The notes under the pieces are model-generated. The model was not told where the DNA came from and did not search any database. It saw only the letters and a list, made by a program, of their open reading frames with translations. Positions 16,865 to 31,648 of a DNA stretch of 64,000 nt are shown here, piece after piece. The stretch lies in the NCBI RefSeq assembly GCF_009914755.1, contig NC_060933.1; one strand, written 5' to 3'. The DNA is from the human T2T-CHM13v2.0 reference genome, Homo sapiens. Numbering within the stretch: position 1 is the first letter of the stretch; each line of letters begins with the position of its first letter. The translations under genes and the position numbers were made by a program.

Positions 16865-19720
16865 TGTCATGCATCAGTGCATCAGTGTGAAGAGACTACC
16901 AAACAGGTTTTTTGTGAGCAACAAGACTGTTTATTTCACCTGGGTGCAGGCAGGCTGAGTCCAAAAAGAGAGTCAGTGAAGGAAGATGGGGTGGGGCCAT
17001 TTTATAGGATTTGGGTAGGTAGTGGAAAATTACAGTCAAAGGGGGTTATTCTCTGGCAGGCAGGGGTGGGGGTCACAAGGTGCTCAGTGGGGGAGCTTCT
17101 GAGCCAGGAGAAGGAATTTCACAAAGTAATGTCATCAGTTAAGGCAGGAGCCAGCCATTTTCACTTCTTTTGATTCTTCACTTGTTTCAGGCCATCTGGA
17201 TGTACACGTGCAGGTCACAGGAGATACGATGGCTTAGCTTGGGCTCAGAGGCCTGACATTCCTGTCTTCTTATATTAATAAGAAAAATAAAACAAAATAG
17301 TGTTGAAGTGTTGGGGTGGTGAAAATTTTGGGGGGTGCTATGGAGAGATAATGGGTGATGTTTCTCAGGGCTGCTTCGAGTGGGATTAGGGGAGGCATGG
17401 GAACCTAGAGTGGGAGAGATTAAGCTGAAGGAAGATTTTGTGGTAAGGGGTGAAACTGTGGGGTTGTTAAGAGGAGCATTTGTCATATGGAATGATTGGT
17501 AATGGCCTGGATGCAGTTTTGTATGAATTGAGAAACTAAACGGAAGACACAAGGTCTGAATAAGTGAAGGAGAAAAACAGGTATTAAATGACTAAGAATT
17601 GGGAGGACCAAGGACATCCAATTAGAGAGTGCTCAAGGGGGTTCAGCATAATTACTTGTTTGGTTGGTGAGTTTTGGGGCTCTATCCTTGACAGAGTCCT
17701 CTTTTTTAAGTTTTAAGTTGGAGGCTGAGCTTGGTGAGGTGTATTTTTAAAAGACAATTTGTCCGTCCTACCATTCCTGAAGATTCAGGATGGTAAGGGC
17801 TATAAAGGTTTTACTGAATACCAAGAGCCTAAGAAACTGCTTGGGTGATTTGACTAATAAAAGCTGGTCTGTTATCAGACTGTATAGAGGAGGGAAGGCC
17901 AAACCAAAGAATTATGTCTGACAGAAGGGAAGAAATCATCATGGTGGCTTTCTCAGACCCTGCGGGAAAGGCCTCTACCCATCCAGCGAAAGTGTCTACC
18001 CAGACCAAGAGGTATTTTAGTTTCCTGACTCAGAGCATGTGAGTGAAGTCAATTTGCCAGTCCTGGGTGGGGGCAAATCCCTGAGCTTGATGTGTAGGGA
18101 AGGGAGGGGGCCTGAATAATCCCTGAGGAGTAGTAGAATAGCAGATGGAACACTGAGAAGTGATTTTTTGAGGATAGACTTCCACAATGGAAAGGAAATG
18201 AGAGGTTCTAAGAGGTGGGCTAGCAGCTTGTAACCTACATGGAAGAGGTTATGCAATGACGACAGAATAGAATGGGCCTGTGAGGCTGGAAGGAGATATT
18301 TTCCTTGGTCAAAGAACCATTTGCCTTGTGTGGGAAGAGATTGATAGGTGGAAGTCTCAGTCGGTGAGTAGGTGGGAGTGACCGATTAGAAGGAGAAAAA
18401 CTGGCCGTGAGGGACAGAAGTTGGAATGCTAGCTGCTTCTTTAGCTATTTTATCAGCATAAGTATTGCCCTGAGCAATGGGATCTGATGCCTTTTGATGG
18501 CCTTTACAGTGAATGACTCCAGCTTCCTTTGGAAGTAAAGTGGCCTTGAGAAGAGCTTTTATTAAAGAGGCATTAATGATGGAGGACCCTTGCGCAGTGA
18601 GGAAACCTCTTTCTGCCCATATAATGGTATGGTGGCGTAGGATATGAAAGGCATATTTAGAGTCAGTTTAAATATTGATGTGTAGTCCCTTTGCAAGAGT
18701 GACGCTCGAGTTAAGGCAATGAATTTGGCTTGCTGAGAGGTAGGGGAGTGGGGCAGAGCGGTAGCCTCAATGATAGATGTGGAAGATACTATAGCATAGT
18801 CTGCCTTTGCTGGTGAGTGGCAATTAGGCCTGGTGGAACTGCCATTGATAAACCAAGTGTGATCAGGGTGAGGAACAGGAAAGAAGGAAATATAGGAAAT
18901 GGAGTGAATGTCAGGTGGATCAGAGAGATACAGCCATGGGGATCAGGTGTGATATCCAGAATAATGTGGGAGGCCAGATTGAAGTCCTGGCCAGGAAAAA
19001 TGGTAATTGTGGGAGACTCAACAAAGAGTGAGTACAGCTGAAGGAGCTGGGGAGCAGAAAGTATATGCATCAGGTGTGAGGAAGAAAATAGATTTTGGAA
19101 GTTATGAGAAATGTAGAGAGTGAGTTGAGCATAGTTTGTGATTTTTAGGGCCTCTAAAAGAATTAGGGTGATGGCAACTGCTGCACAGAGACATGATGGC
19201 CAGAGCAGATCCTGAACTAACCTGTAAGACTTGTCTGGAGTTTGAATAGGTAAAATAGGAGAATTGTAAGGAGAGTTTATAGGTTTTACAAGCCCATGCT
19301 GTAGCAGGGGAGTGATAACAGGCACCAAATATCACACACGTCCATGTGAAGAGACCACCAAACAGACACTGCATGAGCAATAAGGCTGTTTATTTCACCT
19401 GGGTGCAGGCGGGCTGAGTCTGAAAAGAAAGTCAGTGAAGGGAGATAGGGGTGGGGCCGTTTTATAGGATTTGGGTAGGTAGTGGAAAAGTATAGTCAAA
19501 GAGGATTGTTCTCTGTTGGGCAGGGGCGGGGGTCACAAGGTGCTCAGTGGGGGATCTTCTGAGCCAGGAGAAGGAATTTCACAAAGTAATGTCATCAGTT
19601 AAGGCAGGAACCAGCCATTTTCACTTCTTTTGTGATTCTTCACTTGCTTCAGGCCACCTGGATGTATAAGTGCAGGTCACAGGGGATATGATGGCTTAGC
19701 TTGGGCTCAGAGGCCTGACA
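16865..19720 (-). mobile_element. Internally deleted HERV-H provirus (LTR7-type LTRs 16865-17258 and 19330-19720)
   Basis: Both LTRs begin TGTCAGGCCTCTGAGCCCAAGC on the minus strand; perfect TSD GGCAT at 16860-16864 and 19721-19725; pol fragments (NSPYNSPILP, YRLVQDL). Confidence 0.95.
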
Positions 19721-21631
19721 GGCATGGTTTACTGATAGCTCTGCCAGACGACATGCACTGGACCACCATTCAGCCAGTGGTTGGCTATCTTTTGACTGAG
19801 ACTGGACATGGGCATTCTACCCAATGGGCCAAACTAAATGCAGTGGTGATGGCCATGCAGGCTACCTCTATCGCATATCTTGCTATATTTTCAGTGACTT
19901 ATGGGCCATTGCCAAAAGCCTAGCCATCTGATCAGGACAATGGCAATGGAAGGATTGGACTGTTAGAGGATATCCATGTGAGGACAAGGACTAAGAAAAA
20001 CAGCTTGTTGTCTGAAAAAGACAAATATATGTCAATCATATGGGTGCTGAGGCAACTATAGCCACACTTGAGAGGAATTTATGCCATCCTCTTACATAGC
20101 CCATGGGATTTTACTTGGACCAAGGAATATTTTTTACTATTCAAGCAACTAGATAATGGGTACACATTAGTGAAAAAAGATGGGCTTTTTAAGTACATTG
20201 TCATCCTCAGGCCAATAGAGTTATTGAATAATGGAACTCACAAAGCAACTGAAGAAAGAACATCAAGATGTCCTGCTAGTGAGGGGGTAGCCCATCTGAC
20301 TAGGGCAATAGGGACACTAAACACTATGCACCAATGCAAAGGAAACAGCACTGCAGTGCATATTGAGGGACACTGAGCTTGGTTGGGTTGGAGGTGGATG
20401 AGAAACCCACCTGACTAGGCTGTCTGTGCCTGTAAAGTCTCAGTCTGGGTTCTCAACCATTCTTTTTCCTTTTCCCCTATAGAGTACATGTCCTGGGGAT
20501 GAATTGCAGTTCAGGGTGCCATAGTACCCCAGAGAGGCCACCCTGTCTCTAATCTGGAGTTTATACTTCCCTTGGGTACCTCCCCTATAAGGGGATTCCA
20601 CAGGGGTTGGGGACAGGACTAAGGAATGACAGACTGCTAGAATCCCTCTAATGATGCTGGATGCCTCTGATCCTTCCATTTGGGTGGATGATGTTATGAG
20701 ATATACCAACTTTGTACTGGAGTGGATGATTGAGACAGAAAGGTTTGAGTCAAGCAACAAGGGCAATGGATGTCTGCAGAAGTAGCTTGGGACTAAAACA
20801 GACAGACCGGGTTGCTATACCAACTCAGCCTAATTCTTATCCAATAGGTAGAGAACATCTGAGACCCTGGAAAGGGTGAGAGGTGGGCATTAAACTGTCA
20901 GTCTGCTTTTCCACATGGATGGGGCATTATAGGCCTGTGAGCATAATGCCTTAGTGGCCTCTTCCAAAGTGCCATGGTTACACCATGGGTAACCTGACAA
21001 AGTGCTGGATGCTCCATCCACGACCTCGTTCTCTCATTGACTAGAACGATCCTTTCATCTTGCCAGTGGTTAACTACTCCAGCACTCCTAATGCCACAGA
21101 GTACAGTAATGGACCCTAAGTCCTAGCTTACTGAGTGAGGACCTAGCACATGCCACATAGGAAGAATTCAAAGGTGCTATCTTTTAACTTAAATAACTTT
21201 GTGGAAAAATGTCATGACCACAACTAACGAATCTTTGGTGGGCAGGTGCTTTGATGCACCAGGCTCCTTTAATTACAAGGATGTGTGTTCATGATGATGA
21301 AGAGAAGAAGTATCGGAGAGTGCTAGCCCTCTGCGTAGAGGCTTTAGGATTGTATGGGGTAAAATGTATGAGGAAAACTCAGGCAACTACTACCATCAAT
21401 GAGACTTAGCTAGTGAGTGCCAATACCTTCATCCTCATAAATAATACTAGCACAGGGGGTCTGTGTGTGCCAGAGGGCTACATCTTTATCTGTGGGCAAT
21501 CTGGGGTGACTGAAATGCAGGGTGGGCAAAGTCATGCCTGGAAAACTTACAGGTCCTGCCCCATTGAGTGTGCTAGGGATGCTCCTAGAATTCACCCCCA
21601 AAATGAAGTGCTCCATTGACTCAGGAGCCTA

Positions 21632-22450
<819 letters not shown>

Positions 22451-23867
22451 TCTGGCTATGACTCAATGATGTTTCACTGAGACAGAGTCAGCCAAGGTGT
22501 TACATTGATCTGACAAGACAAACCTCCACCTCCAGATCTGGAGAGGTCAATGGGCATATGAAATACACCAGCTTTTCTAAGGGAAATATCTTGGTTGGAG
22601 CAGGAGACTGCAGGTCAACTTTCCAGGTGTCCTTGGACTGACCCAATTATCCCCTCTTTCTTGCTTGCAGTTGTCAAGAGCAACTGTAGTATATGCTGAG
22701 AATGCAATATCCTGAGACAGGGAAGAACTGCCTGAAACAGCCTAGGCCTTGTTACTCTCTCCCTTGACAGAGAATGTTCTTCAAAACTTTAGGCCATAGT
22801 TTCCCATTGGTCCTGAGGTGTGTAACCTAGGGCAAGCTGTCTTGTGGGGTCCCTCAACTGTGGTACAAGTGGGCCATGCACAATCACTCCATCCACTTCA
22901 GGCACTTCACATGCATTCCATCCACTTCAGGCAACTTTGTTGAGCCTTGGGCTACTGGCTCGTAATGGATCGGCTCACATAGGTACCTGTTGTCTCTTGC
23001 TCTTTGTCTGTAAATGATACATCTGCTTTATGTAATTTGTTGCATATGAGTGTGTTCTGTTTAACTGAACTCAGACAAGCTAGTAAATAGTACACAGTGT
23101 ACCTGCCCCACACCCAGGATGTACATGCTAAAGCTAAACAGTGTGACTGCCTGCCAAAAGGAACAGTTTAAATAGAGCTCAGAATTGTCTGCCATGATAG
23201 ACAAATGTCCAGAATATAATTACAAATCACCGATCATACAAAGAACCAAGAAAATAACAATATGAGTGAAAAAAGACAGTTAACTGACACCAACACCAAA
23301 ACGCATCAGATGTTGGAATCATCTGAATATGATTTTAAAATATCTAGCAAAAATGTTTCAACATCAAATAGAAATTATCTTAAAATATATAACAAAATCG
23401 CAAAATATTAACCAAACTTGATTTGTAAAAAAAAAACAACAAAAAAGAACAAAATGTAAATTATAAAAGCAAACAAACACGGTAACAGAAATGAAAAATG
23501 TGTTGGATGGAGTCAATAGTGCCATTGAGATGCGAGAAGGTAAAATCAGTGAATGTGAGGGCAGAATAGTAGAATTTAACCAATTTGAACAACATAAATA
23601 AAATAGACTGATACATAAAATGAACAGAGATGTAGGTATGTGTGAGGCAACAACAAAAGATCCAACATTTTTATTACGTGTACCAGAAAAAAAGTAAAAT
23701 GAGGCTGAAAGAATACTTGAAGAAATAGTGCTTCAAAAAAACCTCAAATTTGCAGAAGACACAAATGTATAGATTCAAGAAGCCTAAGATACCCTACACG
23801 GAATAAACACATTTCAAGAAATATTTTGATTAAACTTTTAAAAACTAAAGACAAAATATTTTTATTT

Positions 23868-24365
23868 GGTAGTTTAGAAACATAAATCTACCACTTTAAA
23901 ATTATAGAGGTCAGAAATCTTAAATGGTTTTCATTAGGCTAAAATCAAGGTGTCAGCAGCACCGCTTTCCTTCTGGGGACTCTAAAGGAGAATACATGTT
24001 CTTGCCTTTTCCAGCTTCTAGGGGCTGTCTTCATTTCTTGTCTCTTGTCCACTTTCCCCATTCCTTGTCTCTTGGTTCTTTCCTCCAGTACAATTAGCAG
24101 TGTAGTATCTTTAAATATTTTCTACCACACTCTTCCACATTTAAAGGATTCTTGTGATTAAATTGCCCCCCCCCAGATAATCAAGTATGATCTCTTATTT
24201 TAAGTTCCGCTGTTTAGTAAGCTTAATGTCATGTGCAACCTTAATACTTTCTTGCATTGTAACATCATATATTCTTATATTACATAGCATATCCTTCCTG
24301 ACATGGAGAATAGGACAGGGACAGTCTTGTGGGGGGTGGGGGGGGGCATTATTCTGCTTATCACA
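23868..24365 (-). mobile_element. MLT1 (MaLR) LTR, truncated at its polyadenylation site
   Basis: ggctaaaatcaaggtgtcagcag...ttgccttttccagcttctag...ggggcattattctgcttatcaca. Confidence 0.75.
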
Positions 24366-24849
24366 GTTAGCAAACAAAGATTTTGTGCCATGAAAACATG
24401 GAGGAAATACCCTTATCCTTATTTTTCTTCAGTCTTTCTCATCAAATAGATCTTTAGATCCAAAAGAGAAGACTCAACATTGCTTTTAATTAAATCTCAA
24501 GATGAACGAAGGGGCACTATGAGCCCTGGGCCCTAGTATTGGAGTAGAACTCATTCCAAAACAATAAGAAAGTTTAGGAAAGAGATTTTTAAGTTGCTCT
24601 AGATATCTTTGAGGATTATGGAGAATAGTAAAAGTTTTAGAAGACAAGAAATGGGCAGTGTACTAGTTTTTTAAAGGAAGATAGATCTCATAAACTATAG
24701 GTGAATGAGTTTGACATTACTTCTGGAAGCAATTTTAAGAAGCATGAAAACAATACTTTAAAAGCACTTAAAAGAATGCTTTGCAATCATGAAACATCAT
24801 GGGCACACTGAGAAGAAATTGTATCAGAAAAATGATATTTCTTCCTATT

Positions 24850-25827
24850 TTTTGAATCTTTATCTTGTCCTTTTATTGTTAGTTGGCATGCAATAATTGT
24901 ACATATTTATGGAAACAGTGATATTTTGATACAGGTGTACAATGCGTAATGATCAAATCAGGGTAATTAGCATTTCAAACACCTCAAACATTTATCATAC
25001 TTTTGTGTTGACAACATTCAAAATCCTCTCTTCTAGCTTTTTGAAAATATACCATAAATTATAGTTATTTCCATGCGACCAGCTATAGAGCACTACAACA
25101 GAACTTATTCCTCCAATATAGCTATAATTTTGTGTCCATTAACCAACCTCTGCTCCCACATCCTTCCCAACATCTAATAACCACAATTCTACCATTTACT
25201 TTAATGAGCTCAAATTTGTTTAGCTCCTGCATATGGGTAAGGACAGACAGTATTAATTTTTCTGAGTCTGACTTATTCCACTTAACATAATGTTCGCTAG
25301 TCTTATCCATGATTCTGCAAATGACAGAATTTCATTCTTTTTATGGCAGAATATTATTCATATATATATATATATATATGAATGTATATACAAATTTGGT
25401 ATATGTATATACCACATTTTTTATCTATCCATCCATTGATGGATATTTAGCTTAATTCCATATCTTGGTTATTGTGAAGACAGCTGCAATAAATATGGAG
25501 GTGCAGATGCCTCTTAAGTGTAATGATTTCCTTTCCTTTGGATAAACACCTAGTAGTGGGATCACTAGATCATATGGTGTCTCTATTTTTGTTTTGAGAA
25601 ACCACCATACAGTTTTTCATAATAAGTGAAATAATTTAACTTACCAACAACAGTGTATGGTAGTCTAATTTTTCATGTCTTACATTTAAATTTTTAATAC
25701 ATTTTGAGTTTATTTTTGTATAAGGTGAGTGATAGGAGTTTAGTTTCATTCTTCTGCATATGGATATCCAATTTTTCCAGAAGCATGTATTGGAGATTGT
25801 GTCCTTTCCCCAATGTAGGTTGTTGAC
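24850..25827 (-). mobile_element. L1MA 3' end (5'-truncated)
   Basis: aataattgtacatatttatgg...aatgatcaaatcagggtaattagcat is the L1MA 3' UTR reverse strand. Confidence 0.85.
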
Positions 25828-26879
25828 AAAACTAAAGACAAAGTCTTAAAAGCAGCCAGATAGAAACAGTCACCTATAGGTGAAACATCACCTATAGAGG
25901 AAAACCAATGTAAATGAAAATACGTTTTTTCATCTGAAACAATGGAGGTCAGAAACAAGTTACACAATATTTTTCAGGTAGTGAAAGAAAAGAGCTGCCA
26001 ACTCTGAATGCTACAGATGTTGTAACTATGCTTCTGGAGTAAAGGAAAATTATATTTTTTGAACTGTTTAAAAATTTGTTGTTAGCAAGCTTACCATTAA
26101 ATGTTTACTAAAACTGTTATTCAAACAAAATAAAGAAAAAAAAGGAATTTTGAACATCAAGAAAGAAGGAAGATATATTAATAGAATTAGCAGAAATATG
26201 AATACATCCAATAGATGTGTTTTCCTAGTGAGTATTATAAATCATAGTTGATGATAGAAACAAAAATTATAACTCCACTTGATACTAAAGGAAGTGATAT
26301 TTAAAAGTATAGAAGATAAAGGAAAATAAATATAAGCTGAGCTTCCTTGCTTTAATCAAAAGTGTAAAACCATTGGTATTTATATATTGTTTTATAAATC
26401 GGATATTAAATCAGGTATTAAAATATGAAGAGTAGCATAAAAAGTATATACAAATTTCCAAAGCAAAGAGTGTATATTGTAGATGTATTCAAACATTGTA
26501 AGTAAAGCAACATGAAAGCTCGAGTAGCACACAGTAAGTCCAAAAAAAAAGGAAAACTGAAAAATGAGAACAAAACAAATGAATATGTAGTAAATAATAA
26601 AATGAAATGCTTAGGTTTTAGTACATTAATAATTACATTAAATATAAGTGACATAAATACACCAATCAAAAGAGAAATTAGCTGAATAAATAAAAAAATG
26701 CAACCTTAACTATTGCTATAGTAAGAAATACACTTTAATTCAATAGTATCAGTAGGTTGCAAGTAAAATAATATAAAAATACATACCATGGAAATATTTA
26801 TCAATAAAAGGGCAAAAGTGGCTATATTAATATCTGATAATCTAGAAGTTAGATTCAAAAATCTTACAAAGAACATTAC

Positions 26880-27480
26880 TAACAACAGAGGAGGCAGTTA
26901 GAGGCTGGCTAGGCAGATAGAGAGGAAGGGTCTTGGGAGAAAGACAGCACCCATGGGAATGCACCTGCACTACCTTTGTGGTGTAGCTAGAATGTGGAAA
27001 TGTGGTTAACAACTTCCTCTTATACCAAGATGTCTCTCAGAAGGGACTGTCCCAATTATGTTTCAATAAATCAACTAAATGTCCTTAACTTGACCCAGAG
27101 CTAATTGTAATATCATTAGCATTGCAGTTTTGGTGCCCCCATGAATTTTGCTTAGGCACTTATGACTAATAATCAAGATGGAGTCACTACTGCCAAACCT
27201 AGGTATGCACAGACAGAACACTCCCAGCAGGGAATTTTACCCCTTCCATTAAGGCAGGACCCACAAAAGACTTCCTTGTTTCTGTCACATAAAGGGATCA
27301 GAACTCAGCCCCATTTCTGGCAACCCTTGTTTGGGTCCACTCTTGCTGCTGAGAGCTTTTCTGTTGCTTAATGAATGCTAATTTGCCTTACTCACTCTCT
27401 GGTATTTGTGTGCCTCATTCTCTTGGTTGTGGGACAAGATCTTGGACCTCACTAAATTAAGGAGTGAGGAGACTGCAACA
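26880..27480 (+). mobile_element. ERV1 solo LTR (subfamily unresolved)
   Basis: GC-richer 600-bp insert in L1; aatcaagatggagtc, cataaa box, gagagctttt...cttaatgaa poly-A region, ends ...gactgcaaca. Confidence 0.7.
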
Positions 27481-29533
27481 CTAATAATAAATGGATCAAT
27501 TCACAAGTAAACATAACAATTCCAAATATATATGCACCAAATAACAAAGTCTTAAACAACATGAAGAGAAAAATTATAGAACTAAAAAATAATAAATTAT
27601 AGTTGTGGGTTTTAACAGCCTTATCTCAGCAATTGATAGAATTATTGGACAAAAATTTAACAATCAGCAAGCATGTAGAAGATCTGTACAGCACAATCAA
27701 CCAACAAGATTTTATTCACACACAAACACACACACACACACACACAGACACACATATACAGATAAATATATATGTCAATTATATATATATCTCTCTCTAA
27801 ATATAGAATCAGTCCACAAAAAACAGCAGAATATACAGTTTTTCAGGAGCTCATGAAATATTAACTAAAATACTAGATGATTTCTTGCACCATAAAACAA
27901 ACGCTGATACATTTAAAAGAATTTATGTCATATAGAGTATGTTCTCTGACCATAATGGAATTAAAATAAAAGTCAGTAACAGAAAGAGAGCAGGAAAATG
28001 TTTAAATGCATTTCACTTATGCAACACAGTTCCAAATGATCTATGGATTAAATATAAAGTCTTAAATAAAAATCTAAAAATATATTTCAACAAATGAAAG
28101 AAAAATACAACATATCAAAATATAGGAAATACAGCTAAGGCTGTGGTGGGAAAGAAATTTATAGTACTAAATGCTTCATTAAAAATAAGAAAAGATCTCA
28201 AATCAATAACTTACACTTGTATCTCAAGAAACTAGAAAAAGAACAGAGTAAACTGAAAGCAGGCAGAAGAAGAAAAATAATCATCACAATAACAAAAATT
28301 CATGAAATTGAAAACAGAAAAAAATGTGAAACAAAAAGCTGGTTTATTGAAAAAATCAATCAATTGATAAACATCTATCAAAACCAACAAAAATAAATAG
28401 AGATGACACAAAACACAACAGCAAATTTTTAAAAAAAAATGCAAATGATCCAATTAGGTAATGGACAAAAGACATCAATGGACGTTTTAACAAGAAAAAT
28501 ATTCAGATGTCAAATAATCCATGAAACATGTTCAATATTATTAATCATCATGGACATGTCAAATAAAACCATAGTGAGATATTTCTACACACCTATCAAA
28601 ATGACTTTTAAAAATTGTGACAATAGCAAAAGCTATTCAGGATGTAAAAAATACGATCACTCATAAGTTGCTAGTGGAAAAGTAAAATAATAGAGCCACT
28701 CTGAAAAATAGTTGACAGTTTTTTAAAAAGACAGACATGTTATTCATTCTTTCCACATTTTTTTTTGTGTGTGTGCTGATTAACCTTCTCTACCTCCTCT
28801 CCAATGCCCCAGTATCCTTACTAGCTTCTGTGGGCACTCAGTGTACCCATAAAATTTTAAGAAAATAATTAAAAATTTTTTAAAGTAAAATAAAAACCAG
28901 ATATGCATAGACCATAGATCCCAGCAATTGCAGTTGTGGGTGTTTAATTTGGAGTGATGAAACTTGTGGTCCCACAAAAACTTGTTCACGAATGTCTACA
29001 ACAGCTTAATTTGTTACAGTTGAAAAGGTCAATAAGCCCAGGTGAATGTTTAATTTGTGGTGAATTTATACCAGAAACCATGAAATACTACTCAGTCATC
29101 AAAGGAACAAAATATTAATTAATGCAATCATTTGGATGTATTTTTAGGAAATTTTGTCGAGTGAATAAAAGTCAATTATATACATTATGTACAACAGTAC
29201 AAGTAGGCCTTGAGACCTACGGGATCATTCTGTGTTGCAGCAAGGCCCTGCCTGCCTCACCAGATGTGGTGAGCCTATCCTATCTCACTCGGAGGGGGCC
29301 AAAATCGGATCTGAAAGGGAGTCTGGAGAACACAGCAGGCATCCTGAAGCTCCACCTCCCTCGGTGGAAGTCGGCTCAAGGAGGTCCTGAGGACAGGACT
29401 CCTAGGGGTTTGGCCCTGGGACAGGACAAGACACCCGCGGCCCCCTCTCCAACGCCGCCCCAAACTGGATCCCGGATCCAGCCGCCGCCATGGCGGCAGG
29501 AAGAACCTCGCTGCCGCCGCCAGGCGGCGGCAG

Positions 29534-29601
29534 TATTTAAAGGGGACGCAGCCATACTGCCAGGAGCGGAGCGCGAGTCCGCTCAGCCAATGCGCATGCG
29601 C
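29534..29601 (-). promoter_or_regulatory. TATA-like + CCAAT + NRF1 module (monomer A)
   Basis: TATTTAAA 29534-29541, CCAAT 29587-29591, TGCGCATGCGC 29591-29601. Confidence 0.6.
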
Positions 29602-29752
29602 GAGGCGGGAGCGGTTTCTCCCGTCACAGTGGTTCCCACGGTTGTCTTAGAAACCAATCCCCGAGGCTTGGCAAAGCAGGAGCCCTCCGTGGCAGTGCTT
29701 GGGTGTCGGGGCTCTGAGGATCCAGCCTGACCTCTCCACGGGGTCGACCTGA

Positions 29753-30533
<781 letters not shown>

Positions 30534-31648
30534 AGCCACACCACGATACAGTCAGCAAGAGGAAGCCGGGAATGGGAGATGGCAACAGTCCCTGTCACTG
30601 GAACGCTGGCCTCTCTGGACAAGCCACCCTTTAGGAACCCCACCCCTTATGCCTGTGGCGGTGGCACGGTGCTGTATCCTGCCTGGGCTCTGGCCTCTAC
30701 TCTCTCCTCCCTCTGGCTCTGCCTCCCCTGTTTCTCAGGGGCCTGGATGCCTCTCGCTCTGGCCAAATGCCTTCAAAAAAGATGACTTCCCAGTCCGTCA
30801 GGGAGACACTTTCTGGAGATCCGTGTCATGATCGTTTCTCTCTCCAAACGTGTTTCTGCTTAATTGGGCAGGTATCATGAGCCGGGAGCTCTTGGCTTCC
30901 ATAGGTGTCTCAGGCAGGGAAGCTTCCTTCTTCCCCACGTTTCCCCTCATGGGTGGATGGATTGCCTAGAATGAGCGCTAGGCGACCGTGACTGGCCTTG
31001 ACTTCCAGGACAGGTGGTGTCCCATTTCCTCTGCAATTCCTGTCTCATTCTTGAGGGACATCCTCTCCTCTGCTCCTGGGTGGCCTGACTCCCTTGATCT
31101 TCTGGACGAAACGAATGTCAGGAAAACAAAGGGACTGGGCTGGGGCTGGGGCTGGGGATGGGGCTGGGGCTGGGTGCAGCCAAAGTTGCCTCAGGGCTAC
31201 CAGGGCGGTGGAGGCTTGGGGGTGGGGCGATTTTTGCCAAAACCTCTTTGCTCCTCTGGTACGCATTTGAAAACGTGGCTTGGGTCAGGCACAGCCCCCC
31301 ATCTCGACCCGCAACCCCCGAGCCCCAGGTGTTCTTCGACTTTCCTTGGCATTGATGGAAAGGTCACTCATTTCCCCCTTCCACCAGCACACGCCTGGAC
31401 ACCACCCTTTGTTTCGCCGTCGCCCCATATGCCTCTGGCGACACACCATCTGCTGTGGGGTAGGCCAGTGCCACGCGTGGTCACACGGTCTCCACGTCGG
31501 ATTCGCCCCTGTTCCTGGTGGCACGTGTCCTGTAAAGCGCGGTCGGCTTTCCGGAGCCCCTGGGCTTTTAGAAGCGGGGCAAGCCACTGATATTTCAAAG
31601 GAGGCGGGAGGCAGAGGGCTGATGGATGAGTGAATTTGCAGCTGACAC

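Larger units (their letters stand above)
23113..29203 (+). mobile_element. Old L1M (ORF1, ORF2, 3' region), fragmented by later insertions; its 5' part probably lies at ~14400-14997
   Basis: ORF1-like gattcaagaagc...aaaactaaagacaaa...aaagcagccaga; ORF2-like gtatgttctctgaccataatggaattaaa. Confidence 0.75.

Noticed and set aside
18789-19328. 179-aa ORF as an intact HERV-H pol
   Set aside because: Fusion of non-adjacent pol pieces with no RT catalytic motif.
31136-31175. (GGGGCT)n as a telomere-like repeat
   Set aside because: Not TTAGGG-derived; it is an internal part of the SST1 monomer, mirrored at ~36735-36772.
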